Part shown: positions 15,710 to 22,976 of the stretch, one piece after another | How the letters are laid out: each line of letters opens with the position of its first letter | Numbering within the stretch: the first letter of the stretch is position 1 | Origin: Parcubacteria group bacterium | Lineage (GTDB): Bacteria; Patescibacteriota; Minisyncoccia; UBA6257; Colwellbacteraceae | Direction: 5' to 3' | DNA length: 24,000 nt | NCBI GenBank assembly: GCA_041649415.1 | Contig: JBAZND010000003.1 | Location: 7,617-31,616, forward strand | Notes under the pieces: model-generated | The model's input: the letters and a program-made list of their open reading frames with translations, nothing else | Database searches by the model: none | What the model was told of the DNA's origin: nothing | Program-made: the position numbers and the translations under genes

Positions 15710-15757
15710 AAATTAAAGAGAGGACGTTAGCGTTCTCTCTTTAATTTTTTCTTTCTT
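15710..15757 (+). terminator. Very strong orphan intrinsic terminator
   Basis: AAATTAAAGAGAGGACG-TTAG-CGTTCTCTCTTTAATTT forms 17 bp with one G-U pair. It is followed by TTTCTTTCTT. There is no annotated + strand ORF between 15437 and 15709. Confidence 0.6.
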
Positions 15758-15801
15758 GAGGTAGGATTCTAACCTCTAAGTATAAAAAAGCGAAAGGTTT
15801 T

Positions 15802-15810
15802 TGTTATAAT
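15802..15810 (+). promoter_or_regulatory. Extended -10 box TGTTATAAT, 8 nt upstream of ATG 15819
   Basis: TG at 15802-15803 and TATAAT at 15805-15810, then aaacacaa and the ATG. No SD is present, giving leaderless or near-leaderless geometry. Confidence 0.45.
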
Positions 15811-15818
15811 AAACACAA

Positions 15819-16883
15819 ATGAGGAAAAAGCTTCTTTGGCTTACGGCAATTGTATTTGTGGTATGGCTTGCCTATAGTTTAACGGTTTCTTTTTTTGGCG
15901 TCCGTGAATCGTCTTTTAGCTGGACGATTATCGCGAAGAATCTCGTTCCACTTGTTCTTCTTACTTCATTATTCGCATATTTGTTAATCAGGGGCAGGGA
16001 ATCGGTTAGTGATATTAAGAATAGGCTTGTTTCTTTATACATACTTGGGGCATCTTTCTTATTTTGGATAGTGAGCCCGATAGAAGACTTCTTTATTTTA
16101 AATATTTCCGGAAAAGAGCTTGCCACTAACTCTATTTTTTATTTAATAGAGGGAACATCCATTAGCGCGATAGGAATAGCCGTTTTCCTCTTATGGTATA
16201 AACCAGTGGGAGACTTTCTTAATAAATATCAGTCAAACATCAAGAGCATAACCAAAGAAGAAGTCATAAAAGTTTCCAATATAGTTTCCAAATTTCCGGT
16301 TAAAACTGCCGTTACGGCTTTATGTCTAAGCGCGGCAGGATATGTGTTAAGTGCTATCAGTTTCTTAATAATCCATCCAGGTTTTTCCCTTGGTCTATCG
16401 CTGAATATCGTTTTGATAGGACTTGCTATGGGGCAGGCAATATTTGCCATTATTTATTTTTTTTCAAGGCGAATTCTCGCCGACATAACGCACATCCTCT
16501 ACAGTTTCGGAGACATAACTTCCCCTAATAAGACGCTCGGCATAAAGTTCAAAATAATGATTTCAGCAGCTTGCCCTGGAGTGTTTTTTGTATCTACCTA
16601 TTTGGCATTATTGTTAAGTTTTTTAGCCAATAGGATAAATTTTTCTCTATTTAGTATGGGAATAGTGCTCAATTCTATCCTGTCGTTCGTAATAATGTAC
16701 ATTATAAGTAGCGGTCTTGTCACCGGATTATTGGACGCGTTAAAAGAAATTAAGAGGGGAATAGAAATTGTGCAGAGTGGAAGTCTGCAGAATCGTATCA
16801 ATGTGAAGACAGGCGATGAAATAGAAAGTGTTGCATATGAATTTAATATAATGACTGATTATTTGGAGAAGAGGTGTAAATAA
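15819..16883 (+). CDS. Polytopic membrane protein ending in a HAMP domain, with no output domain
   Basis: Multiple hydrophobic helices run throughout the protein. The last approximately 50 aa (LLDALKEIKRGIEIVQSGSLQNRINVKTGDEIESVAYEFNIMTDYLEKR) match the HAMP pattern, including the DEIxxLAxxFNxM-like motif. The stop follows immediately. Confidence 0.65.
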   Translation: MRKKLLWLTAIVFVVWLAYSLTVSFFGVRESSFSWTIIAKNLVPLVLLTSLFAYLLIRGRESVSDIKNRLVSLYILGASFLFWIVSPIEDFFILNISGKELATNSIFYLIEGTSISAIGIAVFLLWYKPVGDFLNKYQSNIKSITKEEVIKVSNIVSKFPVKTAVTALCLSAAGYVLSAISFLIIHPGFSLGLSLNIVLIGLAMGQAIFAIIYFFSRRILADITHILYSFGDITSPNKTLGIKFKIMISAACPGVFFVSTYLALLLSFLANRINFSLFSMGIVLNSILSFVIMYIISSGLVTGLLDALKEIKRGIEIVQSGSLQNRINVKTGDEIESVAYEFNIMTDYLEKRCK

Positions 16884-16961
16884 ACTGGCCTATTGAAGCC
16901 TAACTAATAAGTTCTGTTACATCGCTCTATAAAGATAAATTAGGCTATAAAATCTTTTGTC

Positions 16962-17096
16962 ACACAGTATCTATTCTATAAGTCCGCCATATAACTTCCG
17001 TCTGAAAGGATGGCTATAATGCTATCATGGGTGCGGGGCATCGTTTGACGGAATTTGACAAGAACCGAAACAAAAATCGCCTAATGGGCGATTTTT
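16962..17096 (+). promoter_or_regulatory. Conserved intergenic element, copy B, immediately upstream of the P-type ATPase
   Basis: Homologous to 10193-10303. Hairpin CCGTC-TGAAAG-GATGG lies at 16998-17013 and TATAAT at 17015-17020. A B-specific insertion of about 25 nt follows. Terminator hairpin AAAATCGCC/GGCGATTTT lies at 17073-17095 and is followed by T. Confidence 0.5.
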
Positions 17097-17104
17097 GATA
17101 GAAT
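17096..17104 (+). promoter_or_regulatory. Extended -10-like box TGATAGAAT, 6 nt upstream of ATG 17111
   Basis: TG-A-TAGAAT at 17096-17104, then agaact and the ATG. No SD is present. A standard 6-nt distance from the -10 box would place the transcription start on the A of the ATG. Confidence 0.4.
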
Positions 17105-17110
17105 AGAACT

Positions 17111-19807
17111 ATGCAAAAGGATTGGCATTCAATTTCACTTGAAGAGATTTTTTCCCAAACAGAAAGCAAGAAAGAAGGGCTTGCTACTTCTGAAGTAATC
17201 CAAAAATTAAAAGATTTTGGCCGCAATACTCTTCCGCAGGAAAAACCATATTCAAAAATAAAGCTGTTTTTGGGTCAATTCCATAGTCCTCTGATGTATA
17301 TTCTGCTCTTTACGGTTGTTATTTCGTTTCTCTTAAAACACTATTCGGATACGATATTTATCGCTATTGTGTTGCTTATCAACACCTCTGTCGGATTTTA
17401 TCAGGAAAATAAGGCCAATCAATCGCTTCTTGCCCTGAAGAAAATGGTAAAAATCAGAGCGAAAGTTTTGCGGGATAACTACGAAAAAGAAATAGACAGC
17501 GAGGAACTGGTTATCGGCGATATCGTGTTTTTGAATCGCGGCGATAAAGTGCCAGCTGACGGACGCATCATTGAATCGCGGAGATTAAAGATTAACGAGG
17601 CAAGCCTCACGGGAGAATCTCAAGCAGTTGAGAAAAAAGCGGAAGATATTGTTTCGGAACCGACATCGCTCTCTGAAAGAGTAAATTCCGTTTTTATGAG
17701 CACGATTGTCGAGGAGGGGCAGGCAAAGATGATAGTTGCTGCTACCGGGATTAACACAAAAATAGGCGAAGTCGTATCGCTTCTCAAAAGGACCAAGAAG
17801 CGTAAAACTCCGCTTCAGAAAAAGATTGTATATCTTTCAAGATGGGTTGGTGCATTTATTCTTTCCGTTATTGCAGTCGTTTTAATCGAAGGATATTTTC
17901 TTGAAAAGAATTTTGCCGATGTTTTAGTAGCTTCTCTTGCGTTGGCGGTATCTGCTATCCCCGAAGGTCTTTTGCCAGCTATAACCGTTATTATGGTTTT
18001 GGGGATGAGACGCATCTTCAAGCAACGTGGTCTTGTCAGAAAACTTGCTGCTACAGAAACATTGGGGAGCGTAACCGTTATCTGTACAGACAAGACAGGC
18101 ACTCTCACCGAGGGGAAAATGCAAGTGAGCCATATTTTGACAAGCACAAAAGAACTAATGAGTGATAGCATTAACGGGCTTGCCAAAGATATAAATGTTA
18201 ATGGTATTGAATCACATATTTCTGCGCTCAAAATAGCCACCTTAGCCAATGACGCTTTTATTGAAAATCCAGAAGAGGGTTTACGGGAATGGATAGTGCG
18301 GGGCGGGCCAACAGAAAGGGCATTGCTTTTGGCGGGAATGCAGGCGGGTTTAAACAAGCACGAACTAGAAAAACAATATTCAGTATTGGATAAAATCAGT
18401 TTTGAATCTGATTATAAATTTTCTGCCGCATATAATCGCAAAAACGATAAACAAAACACGCTTTATATTATTGGAGCGCCAGAGGAAGTCATAGCCCGTT
18501 GTGCTGACTTGGATATTGACGGAAAAAACGAGAAGCTAGGATCAGTTCAAGCGGATAAATTGATAAATAAATTAGAGGAACTAACCCAAAAAGGCCTACG
18601 AGTTCTTGCCTGCGCCTATAGGGATTATGATAACGAAACAAAATATCAGAACCTTATTGAATTGGTTAATGGATTATCATTAGTCGGTTTCATTGCACTC
18701 AAAGATCCTCTTCGCCAAGATGCCAAAGAATCAATTTTGATTACCAAAAAAGCCGGCATTCGCACAGTCATCGTTACGGGAGACCATAAACTTACCGCCA
18801 AAACCATTGCCGAAGAAATTGGTTTCGAAGTAAAAGCCGAAAACATAATTGAAGGCAAGGAATTGGAAACAATGAGTGAATTTGAATTAAAAGAGAGATC
18901 AAAATATATCTCTATCTACGCTCGCGTTTCGCCTCGCCATAAATTAAGGATTATTGACGCGCTGCAGGCTAACGGGGAAGTGGTTGCGATGATTGGTGAT
19001 GGCGTTAACGATGCTCCAGCTCTTAAATCCGCCGATATTGGAATTGCTGTTGGCTCCGGTACTGATGTAGCGAAGGAAGTAGCCGATTTGGTATTGCTTG
19101 ACGACAATTTAAAAACCGTGGTTAAGGCAATAGAGCAAGGAAGGGTAATTTTTGGAAATATTAGGAAAGTTTTTGTGTATCTAGTAGCGGACGATTTTTC
19201 AGAGCTTTTTTTATTTTTAGCAAGTATGGCAATGGGATTTCCACTTCCGTTATTGCCAGCTCAGATTCTTTGGATAAACCTTGTTGAGGATGGTCTTCCA
19301 GACATCGCCCTTACCACCGAACAAGAAACAAAAGGAGTAATGGATGAAAGACCAAGAGATCCCAAGGAACCGATATTAAATAAGCCGCTTAAAATCTGGA
19401 TGTCCGCCATTTTCTTTATTACCGGCTTGGCGGCATTTCTGTCTTTTTTCTTATTTTGGAAATTGACCGGAGATTTAGACAAAACGCGAACGATAGTCTT
19501 TATCCTAATGTGCGTTGATTCATTGGTTTTTGCCTTCTGTGTTCGCTCATTTAAAAGACCGATTTTCCGAAAAGACATATTTTCCAATCGCTATTTAATT
19601 GGAGCAGTGATCATATCGTTTATTTTGCTCATTGGGGCCATTTATTTGCCACCCTTACAAAAACTCCTAGTCACTCAACCTTTGTTATTGACGGAGTGGC
19701 TAATAATATTCGGTATTAGTTTTGTAGAAATTTTATTGATAGAATTTTTCAAAAAGAGAATTTTTACCAAAGATTATTCAATGAAAATCCGTGTTAAAGA
19801 AACTTAA
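17111..19807 (+). CDS. P-type cation-transporting ATPase (P2 type, Ca2+/cation ATPase-like)
   Basis: Phosphorylation site CTDKTGTLT, TM4 motif IPEGLPA, TGDH and the hinge GDGVNDAPALKSADIGIAVG. Length is 898 aa with about 10 predicted TM segments. Confidence 0.92.
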   Translation: MQKDWHSISLEEIFSQTESKKEGLATSEVIQKLKDFGRNTLPQEKPYSKIKLFLGQFHSPLMYILLFTVVISFLLKHYSDTIFIAIVLLINTSVGFYQENKANQSLLALKKMVKIRAKVLRDNYEKEIDSEELVIGDIVFLNRGDKVPADGRIIESRRLKINEASLTGESQAVEKKAEDIVSEPTSLSERVNSVFMSTIVEEGQAKMIVAATGINTKIGEVVSLLKRTKKRKTPLQKKIVYLSRWVGAFILSVIAVVLIEGYFLEKNFADVLVASLALAVSAIPEGLLPAITVIMVLGMRRIFKQRGLVRKLAATETLGSVTVICTDKTGTLTEGKMQVSHILTSTKELMSDSINGLAKDINVNGIESHISALKIATLANDAFIENPEEGLREWIVRGGPTERALLLAGMQAGLNKHELEKQYSVLDKISFESDYKFSAAYNRKNDKQNTLYIIGAPEEVIARCADLDIDGKNEKLGSVQADKLINKLEELTQKGLRVLACAYRDYDNETKYQNLIELVNGLSLVGFIALKDPLRQDAKESILITKKAGIRTVIVTGDHKLTAKTIAEEIGFEVKAENIIEGKELETMSEFELKERSKYISIYARVSPRHKLRIIDALQANGEVVAMIGDGVNDAPALKSADIGIAVGSGTDVAKEVADLVLLDDNLKTVVKAIEQGRVIFGNIRKVFVYLVADDFSELFLFLASMAMGFPLPLLPAQILWINLVEDGLPDIALTTEQETKGVMDERPRDPKEPILNKPLKIWMSAIFFITGLAAFLSFFLFWKLTGDLDKTRTIVFILMCVDSLVFAFCVRSFKRPIFRKDIFSNRYLIGAVIISFILLIGAIYLPPLQKLLVTQPLLLTEWLIIFGISFVEILLIEFFKKRIFTKDYSMKIRVKET

Positions 19808-19827
19808 AAAATAATATAATTATAAAC

Positions 19828-20298
19828 ATGAGTAACGCTTTAAAACTTATTGTCACTATTGTGATTTCCGAATTAGCCGGCATCATCGGTTCAATATTTA
19901 CAACCCCGTCTATCGCTAGCTGGTATGCCGATTTGGTTAAACCCGAGCTCGCCCCGCCAAACTGGATATTCGCTCCGGTATGGACAACATTGTTTGCCCT
20001 CATGGGCATTGCGGCTTTTTTAATCTGGAAGAAAGGCCTAAATCACAGAAACGTGAAAATCGCACTTGGCATATTTATAAGCCAACTTGTGCTGAATATG
20101 CTCTGGTCAATAATCTTTTTTGGCTTGCATTCTCCGATAGGAGCATTCATTGAAATTATATTTCTTTGGCTTGCCATTATTATTACGATTGTCTCTTTCG
20201 CGAAAATTTCTCGAACAGCCGCTTGGTTACTTGTTCCCTATATCCTCTGGGTCAGCTTTGCCGGCTATTTGAACTTCATGATATGGGTATTGAACTAA
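19828..20298 (+). CDS. tspO: TspO/MBR family tryptophan-rich sensory protein
   Basis: WYADLVKPELAPPNWIFAPVWTTLFALMGIAAFLIW with five hydrophobic helices. Length is 156 aa. TATAAT at 19815-19820 lies 7 nt before the ATG. Confidence 0.85.
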   Translation: MSNALKLIVTIVISELAGIIGSIFTTPSIASWYADLVKPELAPPNWIFAPVWTTLFALMGIAAFLIWKKGLNHRNVKIALGIFISQLVLNMLWSIIFFGLHSPIGAFIEIIFLWLAIIITIVSFAKISRTAAWLLVPYILWVSFAGYLNFMIWVLN

Positions 20299-20476
20299 TC
20301 CTTTATGGACAATAGTTGTAAAACTGGACATCAGTTTACAACGTGCAGCTTTAGTATTACTCTACCCATAGAATTTTTAAATCCGTAATTTTGTAAGAAG
20401 GAGGTCTTAACTCGACGGACGAATAGGTTAGTCGCGATACTCTCACCAAATTGATATTAAAAAGGAGGAAAAGAAA

Positions 20477-20809
20477 TTGGAAATCGATTGGTTGAGCATG
20501 ACCATAGGAATGATAATCCACGAGAAAGGACCCGATGCCGGCAAGCTGATAGACGAAGCTCTATGCAATGAGGAGAAATCCTGCTGTCCCGGAACGTCTC
20601 TGACGCTCGGTTTTGCAGCCAAATTGATGGGAAAGTCAGAAGAACTTCCGGCTCTGGTGAAGAAACTCAATGAGCTTAAGAGGTCCGAGAAGATACTCTG
20701 TGAAAGGAACGGCAATAAATGCTCCATTTGCGGTTCCTACTTCGGAGACGGGGACAGCGTCTGCGGAAACGGGCACGAAGAAGGAGCTATATATCTGATT
20801 CGGGTGTGA
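20477..20809 (+). CDS. Small Cys-rich putative zinc-ribbon protein (paralog 2), unknown function
   Basis: AGGAGG lies 7 nt upstream of the TTG at 20477. An alternative start is the ATG at 20498. The C-terminal module LCERNGNKCSICGS...VCGNGH has the same C-x6-C-x2-C-x10-C-x3-H spacing as 8005-8331. It is followed by its own terminator. Confidence 0.55.
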   Translation: MEIDWLSMTIGMIIHEKGPDAGKLIDEALCNEEKSCCPGTSLTLGFAAKLMGKSEELPALVKKLNELKRSEKILCERNGNKCSICGSYFGDGDSVCGNGHEEGAIYLIRV

Positions 20810-20819
20810 ACCGAATACG

Positions 20820-20845
20820 AAAAACCGTCTTTAAAGGCGGTTTTT
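20820..20845 (+). terminator. Rho-independent terminator
   Basis: CCGTCT-TTAA-AGGCGG forms the stem (one G-U pair), extended by A/T pairs, and ends in TTTTT. Confidence 0.75.
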
Positions 20846-20871
20846 ATTAAGAACAAAATTACCATGTTTGA

Positions 20872-20880
20872 TGTTATAAT
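20872..20880 (+). promoter_or_regulatory. Extended -10 box TGTTATAAT, 11 nt upstream of ATG 20892
   Basis: TG at 20872-20873 and TATAAT at 20875-20880, with no SD before the ATG. Confidence 0.45.
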
Positions 20881-20891
20881 CAGCCATATAT

Positions 20892-22097
20892 ATGAATATT
20901 AACGAATGGTTTTCTCCAGGCGGGCCGGTACAAAACATCTTTCTCTACGCCTTAGGAATCGGAGCGATAATCGCACTGGGAGTTATCATATTCGGAGCAA
21001 TAAAGCATGTTACCTCCGGGGACAGTGAATCTAAACAAAAAGAAGCCAGGGCATGGATATTTGCTGCTGTAAAAGGATTGGCTGTTTTGGCAGGAGGCTT
21101 TGTCATTCTCTCAATTGCCAATCCGGGTCTCTTAGTTATAAATACCGCTCCCCTTGACCTTGTAACGGACATTCTTGCGGTTCCCCCTCCAGTGGATAGC
21201 GCCTTTATTTCAGGCGTTGATCCCGTTACGGGAGAGGCGATATTTGACAGGAACAAAGTTCAGATAGAAGGGAACAAAATAATCATCAAAGAATTGCCGG
21301 AAGGGATGACAGTCAGTTCGGCTATCAGCGAGTTAAAAGCCCGTGTAAAAGACAATAATATTCAGGGAGTTGAATCAATCACGGACGAATCCACTGGAGA
21401 GAATATTCAAATAGTTATTACTACCCAAAGCGGTTTTGACTCCACAGATGTTGCGAATAAACTTCTGGCTCCACAACAAACGGGCAGCATCGGCGGCGGA
21501 AGCACATCGGGCAAAATGGTTTATATCGCTCCTGTCCAATCTTTATTCCAAACGGACAGACGCTGGGTAAATAAAGAAATCGGTCCGGTGCCGAATTGTC
21601 CAAGCCAACACACATACGGCAGAAGAGGATGCGGACCGACATCTCTTGCTATGGTTGTTTTATACCTTACGGGAAATAAATACGTAACAGCGGATAATGC
21701 GGTTACGACCATGGGAGCGAAAATAGTTGAGAGAGGATATAAAAGATGCGCCGGCAGTGAACCAAGCGGTGTATACAAATCGGCCTTTACCGCCAAAGGC
21801 ATACCTGCCAATTTCGGGCTTACATCTTATAACGTCAATAATCAAGCAGGTGCGAAAAAATGTTTTTCGGAGGGAGGAATCATGGTCGGATCAATGGTCA
21901 AATCCAACGACGATAAAAATGACGTAACATGGCATCCAAAATTTACGGATTACGCTCACTATATAGTGGTCAAGGGAATAGATGAAAATAAGAATCTGTT
22001 TTATATAAACGACCCAAACGGAGGGAGAGTTAAATCGTCGGAAATAGCGCATTTCTTTAAACGCAGTAACGTTAGGTGGTGTATTAAAAGAAAATAA
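20892..22097 (+). CDS. Membrane-anchored protein: N-terminal two-helix pilin-like module plus C-terminal C39-like (papain-fold) cysteine peptidase domain
   Basis: The N-terminal helices are IFLYALGIGAIIALGVIIFGAI and AWIFAAVKGLAVLAGGFVILSI, separated by the loop KHVTSGDSESKQKEA, as in VirB2/TrbC-type pilin modules. The C-terminus has RRGCGPTSLAMV (Cys247, codon 21630-21632). It also has YAHYIVVKGIDENKNLFYINDP (His356, codon 21957-21959). Confidence 0.6.
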   Translation: MNINEWFSPGGPVQNIFLYALGIGAIIALGVIIFGAIKHVTSGDSESKQKEARAWIFAAVKGLAVLAGGFVILSIANPGLLVINTAPLDLVTDILAVPPPVDSAFISGVDPVTGEAIFDRNKVQIEGNKIIIKELPEGMTVSSAISELKARVKDNNIQGVESITDESTGENIQIVITTQSGFDSTDVANKLLAPQQTGSIGGGSTSGKMVYIAPVQSLFQTDRRWVNKEIGPVPNCPSQHTYGRRGCGPTSLAMVVLYLTGNKYVTADNAVTTMGAKIVERGYKRCAGSEPSGVYKSAFTAKGIPANFGLTSYNVNNQAGAKKCFSEGGIMVGSMVKSNDDKNDVTWHPKFTDYAHYIVVKGIDENKNLFYINDPNGGRVKSSEIAHFFKRSNVRWCIKRK

Positions 22098-22238
22098 AGT
22101 CATCATTTGCTTTAATCGCCAAAAACTAGTAGCTTGGTTTAAGCAACTCAAAATTTAATAAGGAGGATTTGACGAGGTAATCGTTTTGTGACACAGTGGC
22201 CGCATCTTTTAAAATAGAATGCTAGGAGGAATCATCCG

Positions 22239-22817
22239 ATGGATGAAAAGAAAAAAGCGCCTGCCTCGACTATTATCCTTATCGTTTTGGCATCTCTTCT
22301 CCTTCTTGTCGCTGTCGGGAACACAATCTGTTTTTTAAGCAGAAAAGTCTCGATAAACATCGAATCCGCCAACACAAGCGCAAAAATGAACGCCGCGGGA
22401 ATAGAGATTGCCGGCTCGCTGTCTCCAGACGGCAAATTAGCTCCCGGCGTTTGGGATACGCCCAAACTGATGACTATCAAGAACGTTGGTCTGCTGCCCG
22501 TGAGGTACAAGATTGTTGTTAAAACCGATACTGAATCAATTCCCGATTTTTCGGATGCAATTCTGGTTTGTGTTCGAAAGGCCAACAACGGGACGGCAAA
22601 AAATGGCGATTGGCCGATAATCTATGAGGGGAAATTGAATAGTCTTCTCATTGATTCAGCCGAAATTACAGGGAATCTCGACTCTCGCTCCATACACTGT
22701 CTTGTTTGGGAATTTAAACTCGACGAGACCGTGGATAATATCTTCCAAAACGCCAGGACTTCATTCACTTACGAGTTTATCGTTGCACCGATAAACAATC
22801 TTGGATACTGGCAATAA
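22239..22817 (+). CDS. Secreted TasA/camelysin (peptidase M73)-like protein, divergent member
   Basis: An N-terminal signal anchor (TIILIVLASLLLLVAV) is present. LAPGVWDTPKLMTIKNVGLLPVRY fits the PGD...N.G.L pattern. The C-terminal FQNARTSFTYEFIVAP fits the QN..G.s..f.FxAxQ pattern. AGGAGG lies 8 nt before the ATG. Confidence 0.5.
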   Translation: MDEKKKAPASTIILIVLASLLLLVAVGNTICFLSRKVSINIESANTSAKMNAAGIEIAGSLSPDGKLAPGVWDTPKLMTIKNVGLLPVRYKIVVKTDTESIPDFSDAILVCVRKANNGTAKNGDWPIIYEGKLNSLLIDSAEITGNLDSRSIHCLVWEFKLDETVDNIFQNARTSFTYEFIVAPINNLGYWQ

Positions 22818-22823
22818 CAGCTT

Positions 22824-22848
22824 CCGCACCAATTGGTGCGGTTTTTTT
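22824..22848 (+). terminator. Rho-independent terminator
   Basis: CCGCACC-AATT-GGTGCGG followed by TTTTTTT. Confidence 0.85.
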
Positions 22849-22862
22849 ATCATGAACACCCC

Positions 22863-22976
22863 TTGACGACTTTTTGCAGATATATTACCATTCCCCTTCG
22901 TTTGTCAGTTGCCTTAACAAATTTGCGGAAAGAAGAAGTTAGTCTTGCCACAAGAAATTCAGAGGAGGAAAAGATT
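22863..22976 (+). promoter_or_regulatory. Conserved promoter/leader module L1 upstream of TasA-like gene 2
   Basis: TTGAC, N12, ATATATTACC, TTCCC, GTTTG, GAAGAAG, AGAGGAGGAA and the TTG start occur in the same order as at 23763-23884. Up to position +47 the offsets are also identical. Confidence 0.5.

Noticed and set aside
16990-17100. Identification of element B as a known metal riboswitch such as yybP-ykoY. The idea came from GCGGGGCATCG and TTTGACAAG loosely resembling GGGGAGUAG and UUGACA.
   Set aside because: The resemblance is only partial, and copy A lacks these strings. Without a covariance-model score I cannot assign a class, so it is reported only as an unclassified conserved element.
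8340-17110. Calling the whole accessory region an integrated mobile element or genomic island at tRNA-Asn.
   Set aside because: No integrase, transposase or phage genes are present, and there is no duplication of the tRNA 3' end. The direct repeats found bracket only the inner cassette. The region is reported as compositionally mosaic, not as a defined mobile element.
20305-20388. A 27-codon ORF (MDNSCKTGHQFTTCSFSITLPIEFLNP) just after tspO.
   Set aside because: It has no SD and no leaderless -10 geometry. It overlaps the 20315-20342 hairpin, which more plausibly acts as a tspO 3' structure, and no homolog is visible in the window.
22833-22976. The upstream part of the 279-aa ORF preceding TasA-like gene 2.
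   Set aside because: This stretch overlaps the T-run of the upstream gene's terminator and contains the conserved leader. The homologous gene 3 starts at the equivalent TTG after GAGGAGGA, so the true start is 22977.
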